NCBI GenBank assembly: GCA_018830295.1
Contig: JAHJSM010000002.1
Coordinates: forward strand, 80,598 to 113,130
Direction: 5' to 3'
From: Patescibacteria group bacterium
GTDB taxonomy: Bacteria > Patescibacteriota > Minisyncoccia > Portnoybacterales > UBA2143
DNA length: 32,533 nucleotides
Position numbers and translations under genes: made by a program. Below the pieces are notes generated by a model, which saw only the letters and a list, made by a program, of their open reading frames with translations, was not told where the DNA came from and searched no databases. Every line of letters begins with the position of its first letter. Position 1 is the first letter of the stretch. Of this stretch, positions 15,380-23,706 are shown piece after piece.

Positions 15380-15886
15380 ATGAATAAAAAAGAAAACGAA
15401 AAAGATACGACGGTATATATCAATGAGGACTTGGACGCGGAGGGACTTGGGGGGAAATTGAAGCGGTTGCGGAAGAAGTTGAAGGAATGTCAGAAGGAGA
15501 AGGAGGGGTATTTAAACCAGGCGCAGAGGGCTGGGGCTGATTTGATTAATTATCGGAGGCGACAGGAGGGGGCTTTGGAGGAGATTGTGAAGCGGGCAAG
15601 CGACGGTCTGATTCGGGAGTTGCTTCCTGTTTTGGATAGTTTAGAAATGGGCGCGCGGGAGAATGAAGGAGTTGGATTGATTAAGGAGCAGTTGGAGGCG
15701 GTTTTGGGAAAACGCGGAGTCAAGGCGATTGAGGCGGTTGGGGAAAAGTTTAATCCCGAACTGCACGAGGCGATTGAGCAGGTTGAGTCGGAAGAGGAAT
15801 CGGGGATTGTTGTTGAGGAAGTTCAAAAAGGATATTTTTTAGGAGAAAAAGTTTTGAGAGTAAGTCGAGTGAAGGTAGGGAAATAA
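15380..15886 (+). CDS. grpE: Nucleotide exchange factor GrpE
   Basis: 168 aa with an N-terminal coiled coil, an LINYRRRQE motif and a C-terminal beta-domain (GYFLGEKVLRVSRVKV). Confidence 0.92.
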   Translation: MNKKENEKDTTVYINEDLDAEGLGGKLKRLRKKLKECQKEKEGYLNQAQRAGADLINYRRRQEGALEEIVKRASDGLIRELLPVLDSLEMGARENEGVGLIKEQLEAVLGKRGVKAIEAVGEKFNPELHEAIEQVESEEESGIVVEEVQKGYFLGEKVLRVSRVKVGK

Positions 15887-15890
15887 ATAA

Positions 15891-15922
15891 GGGGGCTGCC
15901 CCCGTTGCGGGGGGCAGCCCCC
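15891..15922. repeat. GC-rich palindromic repeat, type A
   Basis: GGGGGCTGCCCCC-GTTGC-GGGGGGCAGCCCCC starts 4 nt after the grpE stop. No T-tract follows. Confidence 0.9.
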
Positions 15923-15939
15923 AATGTTAATTTATTTAG

Positions 15940-15968
15940 TTGGCAGTTAATTTTTCTAGGGTTATAAT
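15940..15968 (+). promoter_or_regulatory. Candidate sigma70-type promoter for hsp20-dnaK (TTGGCA-N17-TATAAT)
   Basis: TTGGCA lies at 15940-15945, followed by a 17-nt spacer and TATAAT at 15963-15968. Confidence 0.5.
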
Positions 15969-16006
15969 TTAACAGTAGAAAGAAAAGCCGTCAGCAATGC
16001 GTATTT

Positions 16007-16456
16007 ATGCCTATTAAATGGCAGCCATTTAAGGATTTTGAGAAGCCCGCGGATCTTCCAGAATTATTTGGAGGTGAGGAAAACGGAATGATGCCTTTTT
16101 TGCCTCAGATGCCTTTTCAATTGGAAGAGCCGTCGGTGGATATTTATCAGGACAAAAATAATCTCTATTTAGAGGTTTCTTTAGGCGGAATGAAGCCGGA
16201 GAATATTGATATTTCTATTGAGAATAATGTCTTAATTATTCAAGGCAAGAGCGAAGCGAAAGAAGAAATTAAAGAAAAGGATTATTTGCGGAAGGAGATT
16301 AGAAAAGGAGCATTTCGTAGAATGATTAAATTGCCCGCGCAGGTTTTGGAAAAGAAAGCGAGCGCGGAAGCTATCGGGGGATTGCTTAAGATCACAATGC
16401 CTAAGGCATCAAAGAAGGCGTCTCAAGCGAGTCAAGTGCCGATAAAAATAAAATAA
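16007..16456 (+). CDS. Hsp20/alpha-crystallin family small heat-shock protein
   Basis: The alpha-crystallin domain pattern runs VDIYQDKNNLYLEVSLGGMKPENIDISIENNVLIIQGK...FRRMIKLP...GLLKITMPK. Confidence 0.88.
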   Translation: MPIKWQPFKDFEKPADLPELFGGEENGMMPFLPQMPFQLEEPSVDIYQDKNNLYLEVSLGGMKPENIDISIENNVLIIQGKSEAKEEIKEKDYLRKEIRKGAFRRMIKLPAQVLEKKASAEAIGGLLKITMPKASKKASQASQVPIKIK

Positions 16457-16468
16457 TTTTTAAAAACT

Positions 16469-18328
16469 ATGAGTAAAATAATTGGTATTGATTTAGGGAC
16501 ATCTAATTCCGCCGCGGCGGTTGTTGAGGCGGGGAAGCCGGTGATTATTCCTTCAGCCGAGGGAACGATTGTCGGAGGCGGAAAGGCGTTTCCTTCTTAT
16601 GTCGCCATGACGAAAGATGGCGAACTTTTGGTGGGCGAGCCAGCGCGACGGCAAGCGGTGACCAATCCCGAAAACACGGCGAGCGCTTTTAAGCGCAAAA
16701 TGGGGACGAAGGAAAAGTATCTTTTGGGGGGCAAGGAATATACGCCCCAGCAGTTATCGGCTTTTGTTTTGCAGAAAATTAAAAAGGACGCGGAAAGGTT
16801 TTTGGGCGAGCCGGTGACAAAAGCCGTTATTACCGTTCCCGCCTATTTCAGCGACGCGCAAAGACAAGCGACTAAAGACGCGGGCGCGATCGCGGGACTG
16901 GAAGTGGTTCGCATTATTAACGAGCCGACCGCCGCTTCGCTCGCTTACGGCGTTGATAAAGCAGGCAAAGAAGAGAAAGCGCTTGTTTTTGATTTTGGAG
17001 GCGGAACTTTAGATATTACGATTTTGGAAATGTTCTCGGTTGACGAGGATGATGAAAAAGGCAAGACAAGCGGATTTGAGGTTAAATCAACTTCGGGCGA
17101 CACAGAACTAGGCGGAACAGATATGGATAAGGTTTTGTCGGATTACATTGTTGAGAAATTTAAAAAAGATAATGGCATTGATTTGAAACAAGACAAAACC
17201 GCCTTACAGAGAGTAATAGAGGCGGCGGAAAAAGCGAAGATTGAACTTTCTTCCACTTTAGAGACAGACCTTAATTTGCCTTTTTTGAGCGCTGGCGCCG
17301 AAGGACCAAAGCATTTAGTCATGAAAATTACGAGAGCGAAACTGGAAGAATTAATTAAGCCGATTGTTGAAAAATGTCGCAAGCCGATGGAGCAGGCGTT
17401 GAATGACGCGAAATTGACGCCGACCGATATTACGAAAGTTATTTTAGTCGGCGGACCGACAAGAATGCCGATTTTGCAAAAATTTGTTGAGGACTACATT
17501 GGAGGCAAAATTGAGAGAGGGGTTGACCCGATGGAGTGCGTCGCGATGGGCGCGGCGATTCAGGGCGCGGTTTTAGGCGGAGATATGAGGGAGATACAAC
17601 TATTAGATGTGACGCCTTTGACATTGGGGATTGAAACACTGGGCGGGGTTTTAACGCCTTTGATTGAACGAAACGCGACGATCCCGACTTCTAAAAGCCA
17701 GGTTTTTTCCACGGCGGCTGATAGTCAGCCAGCGGTGGATATTCATATTCTACAAGGCGAAAGACCAATGGCGGCGGATAACAGAACACTTGGACGATTT
17801 ATTTTAGACGGCATTCCGCCCGCGCCGAGGGGCGTTCCGCAGATTGAGGTTTCGTTTGATATTGACGCGAATGGAATTTTGAATGTCAAGGCGGCAGATA
17901 AGGCGACGGGTAAGGAGCAACATATTACGATTACGGATTCTTCGGCTTTGTCAAAGGAAGAAATTGAAAAAATGAAAATGGAAGCGGAAACGCACGCAGT
18001 TGATGACCGCAAAAAGAAAGAATTGATTGACGCGCGCAATCAAGCGGATACGCTTATTTCCTCAACGGAGAAGGCCTTGAAGGATTCGGGCGATAAGGTT
18101 AAAGAGGAAGACAGAAAAAATGTGGACGAAAAATTAGAGGCGCTCAAAAAAGCGAAAGACAGCGCGGCGATAGATGAATTAAAAAAAGCGATTGATGATT
18201 TGTCGCAGGAAATTCAAAAAATTGGCGCGCAATTGTATAAAGATGTTGAAAAAGAAAAAGCAGAGCAATCGGAACCGGAGATAAAAGATAAAACAGTGGA
18301 AGGGGAGTATGAAGAGGTGAAAGAGTAA
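16469..18328 (+). CDS. dnaK: Molecular chaperone DnaK (Hsp70)
   Basis: It has the [18 protein letters not shown] and [11 protein letters not shown] signatures and a C-terminal lid with an acidic tail. Confidence 0.97.
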   Translation: MSKIIGIDLGTSNSAAAVVEAGKPVIIPSAEGTIVGGGKAFPSYVAMTKDGELLVGEPARRQAVTNPENTASAFKRKMGTKEKYLLGGKEYTPQQLSAFVLQKIKKDAERFLGEPVTKAVITVPAYFSDAQRQATKDAGAIAGLEVVRIINEPTAASLAYGVDKAGKEEKALVFDFGGGTLDITILEMFSVDEDDEKGKTSGFEVKSTSGDTELGGTDMDKVLSDYIVEKFKKDNGIDLKQDKTALQRVIEAAEKAKIELSSTLETDLNLPFLSAGAEGPKHLVMKITRAKLEELIKPIVEKCRKPMEQALNDAKLTPTDITKVILVGGPTRMPILQKFVEDYIGGKIERGVDPMECVAMGAAIQGAVLGGDMREIQLLDVTPLTLGIETLGGVLTPLIERNATIPTSKSQVFSTAADSQPAVDIHILQGERPMAADNRTLGRFILDGIPPAPRGVPQIEVSFDIDANGILNVKAADKATGKEQHITITDSSALSKEEIEKMKMEAETHAVDDRKKKELIDARNQADTLISSTEKALKDSGDKVKEEDRKNVDEKLEALKKAKDSAAIDELKKAIDDLSQEIQKIGAQLYKDVEKEKAEQSEPEIKDKTVEGEYEEVKE

Positions 18329-18336
18329 TTATGACA

Positions 18337-18395
18337 GGGACAGTCCCCGTTGCGGGGTTAAGATGGGGGCTGCCCCCGCAACGGGGGCAGCCCCC
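18337..18395. repeat. Composite GC-rich repeat (type B half + GTTGC + TTAAGAT linker + full type A hairpin)
   Basis: The sequence is GGGACAGTCCCCGTTGCGGGGTTAAGATGGGGGCTGCCCCCGCAACGGGGGCAGCCCCC, starting 8 nt after the dnaK stop. Confidence 0.9.
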
Positions 18396-18482
18396 AAAAT
18401 TACCAAAAACCCTTGACAAAAATAGTATAATCTTGTTAAGATGCGATTGCCTGAGATACAGGCATTTTTTATTACAAAAAAT

Positions 18483-19169
18483 ATGAATTATAAGAAAGCG
18501 GGGAAAATTGTTTTAGGGAAAAAGTGGCTTGTTTTTTGGGCGACTATTTTGGGCGCTGTTTTGATTTTTGATTTAATGGTAATTCAAGCGCCGGATTATA
18601 AAGCTAATTCAAAAATTTTGGTTGTTCAAAAGCAAGTGGCGGGGCAGGATATTTATACGGTTTCTAAATCGGCGCAATATCTTGTTCGTATTTTGAAAGA
18701 GGGGATTTATTCAGATAGTTTTTTTGAAAAAGTTATTCAATTGCCTTATGGCGTAGATGAAGCGGATTTTCCGTCTAAGCCAAAAGAAAGGCGAAAAGAA
18801 TGGGAAAAAACCGTTCAGGCGATTATTGTCCGCGATTTAGGCGTGATGGAAATTAATGTTTTTTATCCTGAAAAAGAAAAAGCAGAACAGATTAGTCGCG
18901 CGATTACCGATGTTTTGTTAACGGAACATAATTTTTATCATGGTGGCGGAGATAATGTCGCGTTAAAGGTTTTGGATGAGCCGTTGGCGAGCGAAAGACC
19001 AATGACTCTTGGTTTATTGTTCGGCTCGGTTTTAGGCGCTTTAATTGGATTTTTAATCGGCGTTGGATGGGTTTTGAGGAAATGGTTAAGAGGTGAAGGA
19101 AGCGATGGGCGTTCGGGCGAGGGATTTACTTCTATTGGCGAGGAAATAGAGAAGAGAAGGGGAGAGTAA
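18483..19169 (+). CDS. Wzz/YveK-like polysaccharide chain-length determinant (PCP) family protein
   Basis: It has an N-terminal TM (WLVFWATILGAVLIFDLMV), a periplasmic-type domain, then a Pro-containing segment and Gly-rich C-terminal TM (PLASERPMTLGLLFGSVLGALIGFLIG) typical of Wzz/PCP. ATG 18483 is preferred, but the in-frame ATG 18441 remains possible. Confidence 0.7.
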   Translation: MNYKKAGKIVLGKKWLVFWATILGAVLIFDLMVIQAPDYKANSKILVVQKQVAGQDIYTVSKSAQYLVRILKEGIYSDSFFEKVIQLPYGVDEADFPSKPKERRKEWEKTVQAIIVRDLGVMEINVFYPEKEKAEQISRAITDVLLTEHNFYHGGGDNVALKVLDEPLASERPMTLGLLFGSVLGALIGFLIGVGWVLRKWLRGEGSDGRSGEGFTSIGEEIEKRRGE

Positions 19170-19181
19170 AAACACAAAGAC

Positions 19182-19212
19182 GGGGACAGTCCCTGTTGCG
19201 GGGACTGTCCCC
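19182..19212. repeat. GC-rich palindromic repeat, type B (GGGGACAGTCCC-TGTTGCG-GGGACTGTCCCC)
   Basis: The 12-bp stem starts 12 nt after the stop at 19167-19169. The loop contains the same GTTGC core as type A. Confidence 0.9.
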
Positions 19213-19337
19213 TCGGGGTTTGGAAATTTGCTTTTTGGGCGGAAAAAGGTTTTTGTCCAAAAAGGAGGTTTTGAAAGATCTTTGAAAATTAAATAATAAT
19301 TATAAACTGCCGTTTCGCGGCGAGAGGAAGGTGGAGA

Positions 19338-20168
19338 ATGAAAAGAATTACGATAGCAATGTTAGTATCGGTTTTTCTTTTTGCCGCTCTATTTGGATGC
19401 GGCGGTCGGCGATATATTATGGCGGAGAAGGACATTTCAAAGGATTTAGTTTTGCCTGAAGAGACGCCTTATTGCGTTATTTGGGCGGAGATTAATCCGA
19501 TTCTTGAAAGGTCGGAGCCGGGGAGGAATCATTATTTGCATTTTGAAAATGGCGATTCTTTTCTTGGGGCTCGGGTTTATGTTGGCAATCAAAAGAAGTT
19601 TATGATTGTCGCGCATAAATCTGAAATTGACCTTACTCAAAAAGCTGTCATTTCTTCCCGAAGCGGAAAGAGGTTTTATTCTCTTGATGGGAAAGAAATT
19701 TATAGCAAGGACGGATTTTTGGTTCCCGAATTTAATTGGGCGAAAATCGCGTCTTTAAAAGAAAGCGAGATTAAAATTTGGCAGAATATTTTGCCGGGGT
19801 CTGAAGAGGATAAAAATGTTCAGGCAATCTCGACTGGAATTGGGAAAGAGATGGATAGGCAATATCCAAATTTGTTTGAAAGGGCATTGTCTCGGGTGGC
19901 GAAAATTACCACAGAAGATATTGTTTTGGCCGGCGCGACTGATTTTACCAGTTTGTTTGGGATATTCGGAATTCGCGCCTGGGTTCTTGTTGAGGCGTTT
20001 GTTGAGAAAGCTGATTTGTCCTTGCCATATTATGATACGGCTTTGGTAAATCGTTTTCAGATGGCGCTGGAAGTAGCTCCTGTTTTTGTAAAAATAGATA
20101 ATGCCGTGGAGCAATATTACAAAGACAGGGCGCTATGGTGGAAATTGTATGGTGAGGATATGAAGTAA
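19338..20168 (+). CDS. Hypothetical lipoprotein
   Basis: It has a signal peptide with a lipobox-like LFGC (MKRITIAMLVSVFLFAALFGCGG) and a strong SD (GGAAGGTGGAG). I do not recognise the mature domain. Confidence 0.7.
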   Translation: MKRITIAMLVSVFLFAALFGCGGRRYIMAEKDISKDLVLPEETPYCVIWAEINPILERSEPGRNHYLHFENGDSFLGARVYVGNQKKFMIVAHKSEIDLTQKAVISSRSGKRFYSLDGKEIYSKDGFLVPEFNWAKIASLKESEIKIWQNILPGSEEDKNVQAISTGIGKEMDRQYPNLFERALSRVAKITTEDIVLAGATDFTSLFGIFGIRAWVLVEAFVEKADLSLPYYDTALVNRFQMALEVAPVFVKIDNAVEQYYKDRALWWKLYGEDMK

Positions 20169-20177
20169 TCCAGAAAA

Positions 20178-20214
20178 GATAGGGACAGTCCCCGCAACAG
20201 GGACTGTCCCTATC
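20178..20214. repeat. GC-rich palindromic repeat, type B, opposite orientation (loop CGCAACA)
   Basis: GATAGGGACAGTCCC-CGCAACA-GGGACTGTCCCTATC has a 15-bp stem and starts 9 nt after the stop at 20166-20168. Confidence 0.9.
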
Positions 20215-20248
20215 AAACTATTAAAACCATAAAAAGGAGGTGGGTGTT

Positions 20249-21754
20249 GTGAAAAAGTTTTTGTTTGCCGTAACAATAATGGCAATAATGGTTTTCGCGA
20301 ATCCTGCCTTTTCTTCGGATAAGAGCGGGGTTCATATCGTAAAAAAAGGTGATTCTATTTATAGAATTGCCACAAAAGTTTTCCATCTGAATTGGGGACA
20401 AGTTAGAACAGACGCGAAAAATAGGAATTTAATTTTTCCGGGTCAGAAAATTAGTTTATCTGATTTAATTGACGCGTCCGTTCTAAAAAAAGTTCGGATT
20501 GGAAGTAATCCCTTTAGGAGTAAAGGAATTAATCCGCTTTCGCAAAAGCAAATTGCTAAAGATAGAAGAGGATTGATTGAGATTTGCGGCTTGTCAGGAG
20601 CGGAAGCCGATAGAATTCTCGCGATTCACAAAAAATCTATTGCGGAAAAATCACAAGATGGTTTTAGGTGGGATTTAGTTGGCAATAAAGATAAGTTCGA
20701 CTTAATGCTTTTTGGCAATATGAAGGTTGTTTCCAACCTAATTGTTGTTGAAAAACTAAGCTTAAAGCATTCAGCCCGCGTTTATAGTATTAGCGGAAAA
20801 CAAATTTGGTATATCTTGCGCTGCGGGAATTGGGCAATTAGAGGGAAAAAAATTCCTCCGCCACCTGCGCCGCCTTTCGCCGATATGGGCGAATTAGAAA
20901 GGGCAATTGCTAAAATTCAACAACCTAAAGAATACAAGTGGGACTGGGATTCTACTTGGGGCGCGTTTGATGAAAGATATACCGACGGGAATAAAGTGAA
21001 GGGTTGGTGGCAATCCACGACTCTTTATCCTGTTGTTCTTGATGATGACGAAGGCAATGAGTGGGCTTTTGGGCTCAACTACACTACTCGCAATTGGAAG
21101 GGCAAAACAGGTGAAGAAGACCCATTTCGCTATAAAGGAGATGTGGATATTTGGTCTTTGGCCGGACGATTTCGAGATGATTCTCGCGATTGGGAAGCGA
21201 TTAGCCGCGTTGGTTTAGGCAATCGTAAGGACAAAGGATTTTTGGTTAACGAATACGGCCGCTACGATATGAAGCAGAAAACAGATATTTTAAATATCTA
21301 TAATTCTGTTGAGTATAGCGGACGGACTAACGAAAAATGGTTTAGCAAGACCCGCGGCTCAATGGAGTTGGAATTTGGCTATAATGAGAAAAAGGAAGAC
21401 CATTGGGAAGGGCAAGCGTTAGGCGGCGAGCCCGACGACAAAAACGCTTATAATATATCGTTATACAGTGACATATATAGTTTGAACCAAAAAAAGTCCG
21501 TCCAAATCTGGGCGGAAGGCAGGAGTACTTATTACGCCGAGCATTATAGGCTGGGTAATAGGATAGCGGGAGGATTATCTTTTTGGAATGGTTCCATTAA
21601 GGTAGGTCCCGGATATACACACTGGAATAGTAGTCATGCCGATTCAAAAGGGTGGTATGGCGAAGTGAGTTTATATAATCTCTATCACACAATTGTTGGT
21701 TATCCAGCAGGGGATGATTGGGATTTTGAGAAAGATATAGAAGAGGGATATTAA
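20249..21754 (+). CDS. Secreted LysM-domain protein with a large aromatic-rich beta-type C-terminal domain
   Basis: GTG 20249 is preceded by AAAGGAGG. The signal peptide is MKKFLFAVTIMAIMVFANPAFS and the LysM motif is HIVKKGDSIYRIATK...NLIFPGQKISL. A PPPPAPP linker leads to about 270 aa rich in W/Y/G/D/N, with alternating hydrophobic strands (EWAFGLNYTT, SMELEFGYNE, AYNISLYSDIYSL, GWYGEVSLYNLY). Confidence 0.75.
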   Translation: MKKFLFAVTIMAIMVFANPAFSSDKSGVHIVKKGDSIYRIATKVFHLNWGQVRTDAKNRNLIFPGQKISLSDLIDASVLKKVRIGSNPFRSKGINPLSQKQIAKDRRGLIEICGLSGAEADRILAIHKKSIAEKSQDGFRWDLVGNKDKFDLMLFGNMKVVSNLIVVEKLSLKHSARVYSISGKQIWYILRCGNWAIRGKKIPPPPAPPFADMGELERAIAKIQQPKEYKWDWDSTWGAFDERYTDGNKVKGWWQSTTLYPVVLDDDEGNEWAFGLNYTTRNWKGKTGEEDPFRYKGDVDIWSLAGRFRDDSRDWEAISRVGLGNRKDKGFLVNEYGRYDMKQKTDILNIYNSVEYSGRTNEKWFSKTRGSMELEFGYNEKKEDHWEGQALGGEPDDKNAYNISLYSDIYSLNQKKSVQIWAEGRSTYYAEHYRLGNRIAGGLSFWNGSIKVGPGYTHWNSSHADSKGWYGEVSLYNLYHTIVGYPAGDDWDFEKDIEEGY

Positions 21755-21780
21755 AAAATACTGAAAAGGAGGTAGGAGAG

Positions 21781-22440
21781 ATGAGAAATCTTATCAGATT
21801 AGGAATAGTGGCGTGCTTAATGTTTTTTTTAGTAAGTTGCGCTCATCAGAAAGATGATAGTTGGAAAGAAAACATTGCAGCCGATATGAAATCGGACATT
21901 AAAGAAGCAGACGACGCTTTCGCGAAAAAAGAAAAAGTGGAATCGTTGGTTCCTGTGTTTGAACTTTTGGATGGAGGGAAAATGATCAAAGTGACTTTTG
22001 AGGGATCTTATTTGGTTCCTAAGAATGACACAAAAGCGCCTCCATTTGAACCATCGAGAATTCGTTTAGTTTCTCTTTTTAAAGAAAGAGGCGGATATAA
22101 AACAAAGTTTTTCTCCGAAGTTAAAGTGGCTAATGGCACGGCTGTTATAACCATTCCCAATCCGGCGCTAAGGTTCGGAGAGCCATTTGTTGATGGATGG
22201 TGGGGGATGGGAATAAGCGTTAAGAACGAACTGGGTTATTTAATGATTAACCCAGACAATAATTTTACGGCTTATAAAACCACTATCTTCAATAAGGCCG
22301 ATATTAACACATTGTTGATTTGCCCGGTCTTTTACAAAGACAAAGTAAGACCATTGAAGGAAGTTCTGGCGGAAAAAAAGATTAAAATGGATGATTTTAT
22401 TTCTGCTAATAGGTGGGGCTATTGTCCCGAATTGAAATAA
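21781..22440 (+). CDS. Hypothetical lipoprotein
   Basis: It has a signal peptide with lipobox LVSC (MRNLIRLGIVACLMFFLVSCAHQ) and a strong SD (AAAGGAGGTAGGAG). It starts 26 nt after the LysM gene, so the two are probably co-transcribed. Confidence 0.7.
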   Translation: MRNLIRLGIVACLMFFLVSCAHQKDDSWKENIAADMKSDIKEADDAFAKKEKVESLVPVFELLDGGKMIKVTFEGSYLVPKNDTKAPPFEPSRIRLVSLFKERGGYKTKFFSEVKVANGTAVITIPNPALRFGEPFVDGWWGMGISVKNELGYLMINPDNNFTAYKTTIFNKADINTLLICPVFYKDKVRPLKEVLAEKKIKMDDFISANRWGYCPELK

Positions 22441-22451
22441 CAACAAACAAA

Positions 22452-22481
22452 CCCTTGTGTTGAGGAACGCAAGGGTTTTTT
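22452..22481 (+). terminator. Intrinsic terminator between convergent genes
   Basis: The CCCTTG/CAAGGG stem (22452-57 / 22470-75) has a 12-nt loop and is followed by TTTTTT. The T-run overlaps the stop of the minus-strand gene. Confidence 0.55.
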
Positions 22482-23706
22482 ATTTGGCTTGCTTGAGCCA
22501 GGCGGCTATTAGTATCCAGAGGTTCCATTGGAGGGCAGTTGTCCGCAGAATGTTGTCAAAGAATCCGGCGGCGAATAAACTTAGGCAGATGGTGAAAATT
22601 CCCAAGGCCATAATTTTTTCTTTTCCAACGGATTTTATAAACTTTTTTAAGAGATAAAATAACGAGGCGGAGATAAGCCATAAATAGGCGGCTAATCCTA
22701 AGGCGCCGTTTTCAACGAATATTTTTAAGTAATCGTTGTGCGCCTCTAAACTGCCCCATTGAAACCCGCGGTAATATTCAACCAATCGTTCAAATGTTCC
22801 GCTTCCGTATCCGAACCAAGGTTGCCAGAGGGAGACAGGAATAATATCTTGCCAAAGACGCAAGCGCCAGATGACTGAGCCGTAAGGGTCTAAAGAAATT
22901 AGTTCCCAAAGCCGTTGCTGGAAAACATCGGAAAAAAAGTAAAGCAGAATAAAAAACAAAGCGCCAGCAAGAAGTAATTTTCTGTATTTAAAGATGCCAA
23001 AAATTAAAACAAAAAACATCAAGCAAGCAAGCGCGCTGCGAGTATATGTCGCTAAAAGCAAAACAGTTAGAACAACAGCGGAAATAAGAAAAATGGCGTT
23101 GGGCTTTTTTTTATTTGCTAAAATTAAACTGATAATTATCCCTAAGATGAAGAAAGTGTAGAAGGCGAAGAGGTTGGGATGCGCGAATGTGCCGTAAATT
23201 CTATTAAAACCGCCGAAATCGTCGGGTAATCCGAATCCGCCAATGAGTTGGATGGTGGCGAAAATCGCGGGCGGGATATAGCTGATTAAAATAATTTTTA
23301 AGAGCAAGAACCAATCTTTTTTACTATTGACTAATTTGTAAGCGATAAAATAGAGAAAGAAAATGCTGGATAATCGGATAAATTCTCTGGCGCTGGCTGT
23401 TTGGTCTAATGAATAAAAAATGCTCAAAAAAATTAGTCCTAGAAAAGCGGAAATAGGGTAAAAGAGAGGGGCTGAAATGATAGATTTCAAGTTTTTTAGG
23501 ATAAAAAACAGGGAGATAATAAAAACGATGCTGCCGATAATGGCGTTGAGATTGAAGGATGGCAGGGTGTAATAAATACTAAATTCTTTTTGACCAAGAA
23601 TATCCAAAGATGGTCGCAGGAGCGTTAAAGAGAGCAAAAAATAAAATAGTTTTTTACCCGTTTTAGGGTTGACTTTTTCTGTGTTTTTTGGTAGAGTATG
23701 GGGCAT
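22480..23706 (-). CDS. O-antigen ligase / Wzy_C family polytopic membrane protein
   Basis: 408 aa with about 10-12 TM segments. It has a YTRSALACLMFF segment and a C-terminal loop (GYGSGTFE...EAHNDYLKIFVENGALGL) characteristic of the Wzy_C / O-antigen ligase domain. Confidence 0.8.
   Translation of the reverse strand: MPHTLPKNTEKVNPKTGKKLFYFLLSLTLLRPSLDILGQKEFSIYYTLPSFNLNAIIGSIVFIISLFFILKNLKSIISAPLFYPISAFLGLIFLSIFYSLDQTASAREFIRLSSIFFLYFIAYKLVNSKKDWFLLLKIILISYIPPAIFATIQLIGGFGLPDDFGGFNRIYGTFAHPNLFAFYTFFILGIIISLILANKKKPNAIFLISAVVLTVLLLATYTRSALACLMFFVLIFGIFKYRKLLLAGALFFILLYFFSDVFQQRLWELISLDPYGSVIWRLRLWQDIIPVSLWQPWFGYGSGTFERLVEYYRGFQWGSLEAHNDYLKIFVENGALGLAAYLWLISASLFYLLKKFIKSVGKEKIMALGIFTICLSLFAAGFFDNILRTTALQWNLWILIAAWLKQAK
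23669..23697 (+). promoter_or_regulatory. Candidate promoter for the radical SAM gene (TTGACT-N17-TGgTAGAGT), embedded in the divergent gene's 5' coding region
   Basis: TTGACT lies at 23669-74, followed by a 17-nt spacer ending in TGG and TAGAGT at 23692-97. ATG 23707 is 9 nt downstream. Confidence 0.5.

Noticed and set aside
15300-16010. CIRCE/HrcA operator upstream of grpE, hsp20 or dnaK
   Set aside because: Reading by eye on both strands, I found no TTAGCACTC-N9-GAGTGCTAA-like inverted repeat. Only sigma70-like boxes and GC-rich palindromes are present.
17143-18419. Minus-strand ORFs inside dnaK (17143-17382, 17439-17639, 17743-18039, 18144-18419)
   Set aside because: They are antisense shadow ORFs within a highly conserved Hsp70 gene, with no SD and no motifs. 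The 18144-18419 ORF partly translates the GC-rich repeat.
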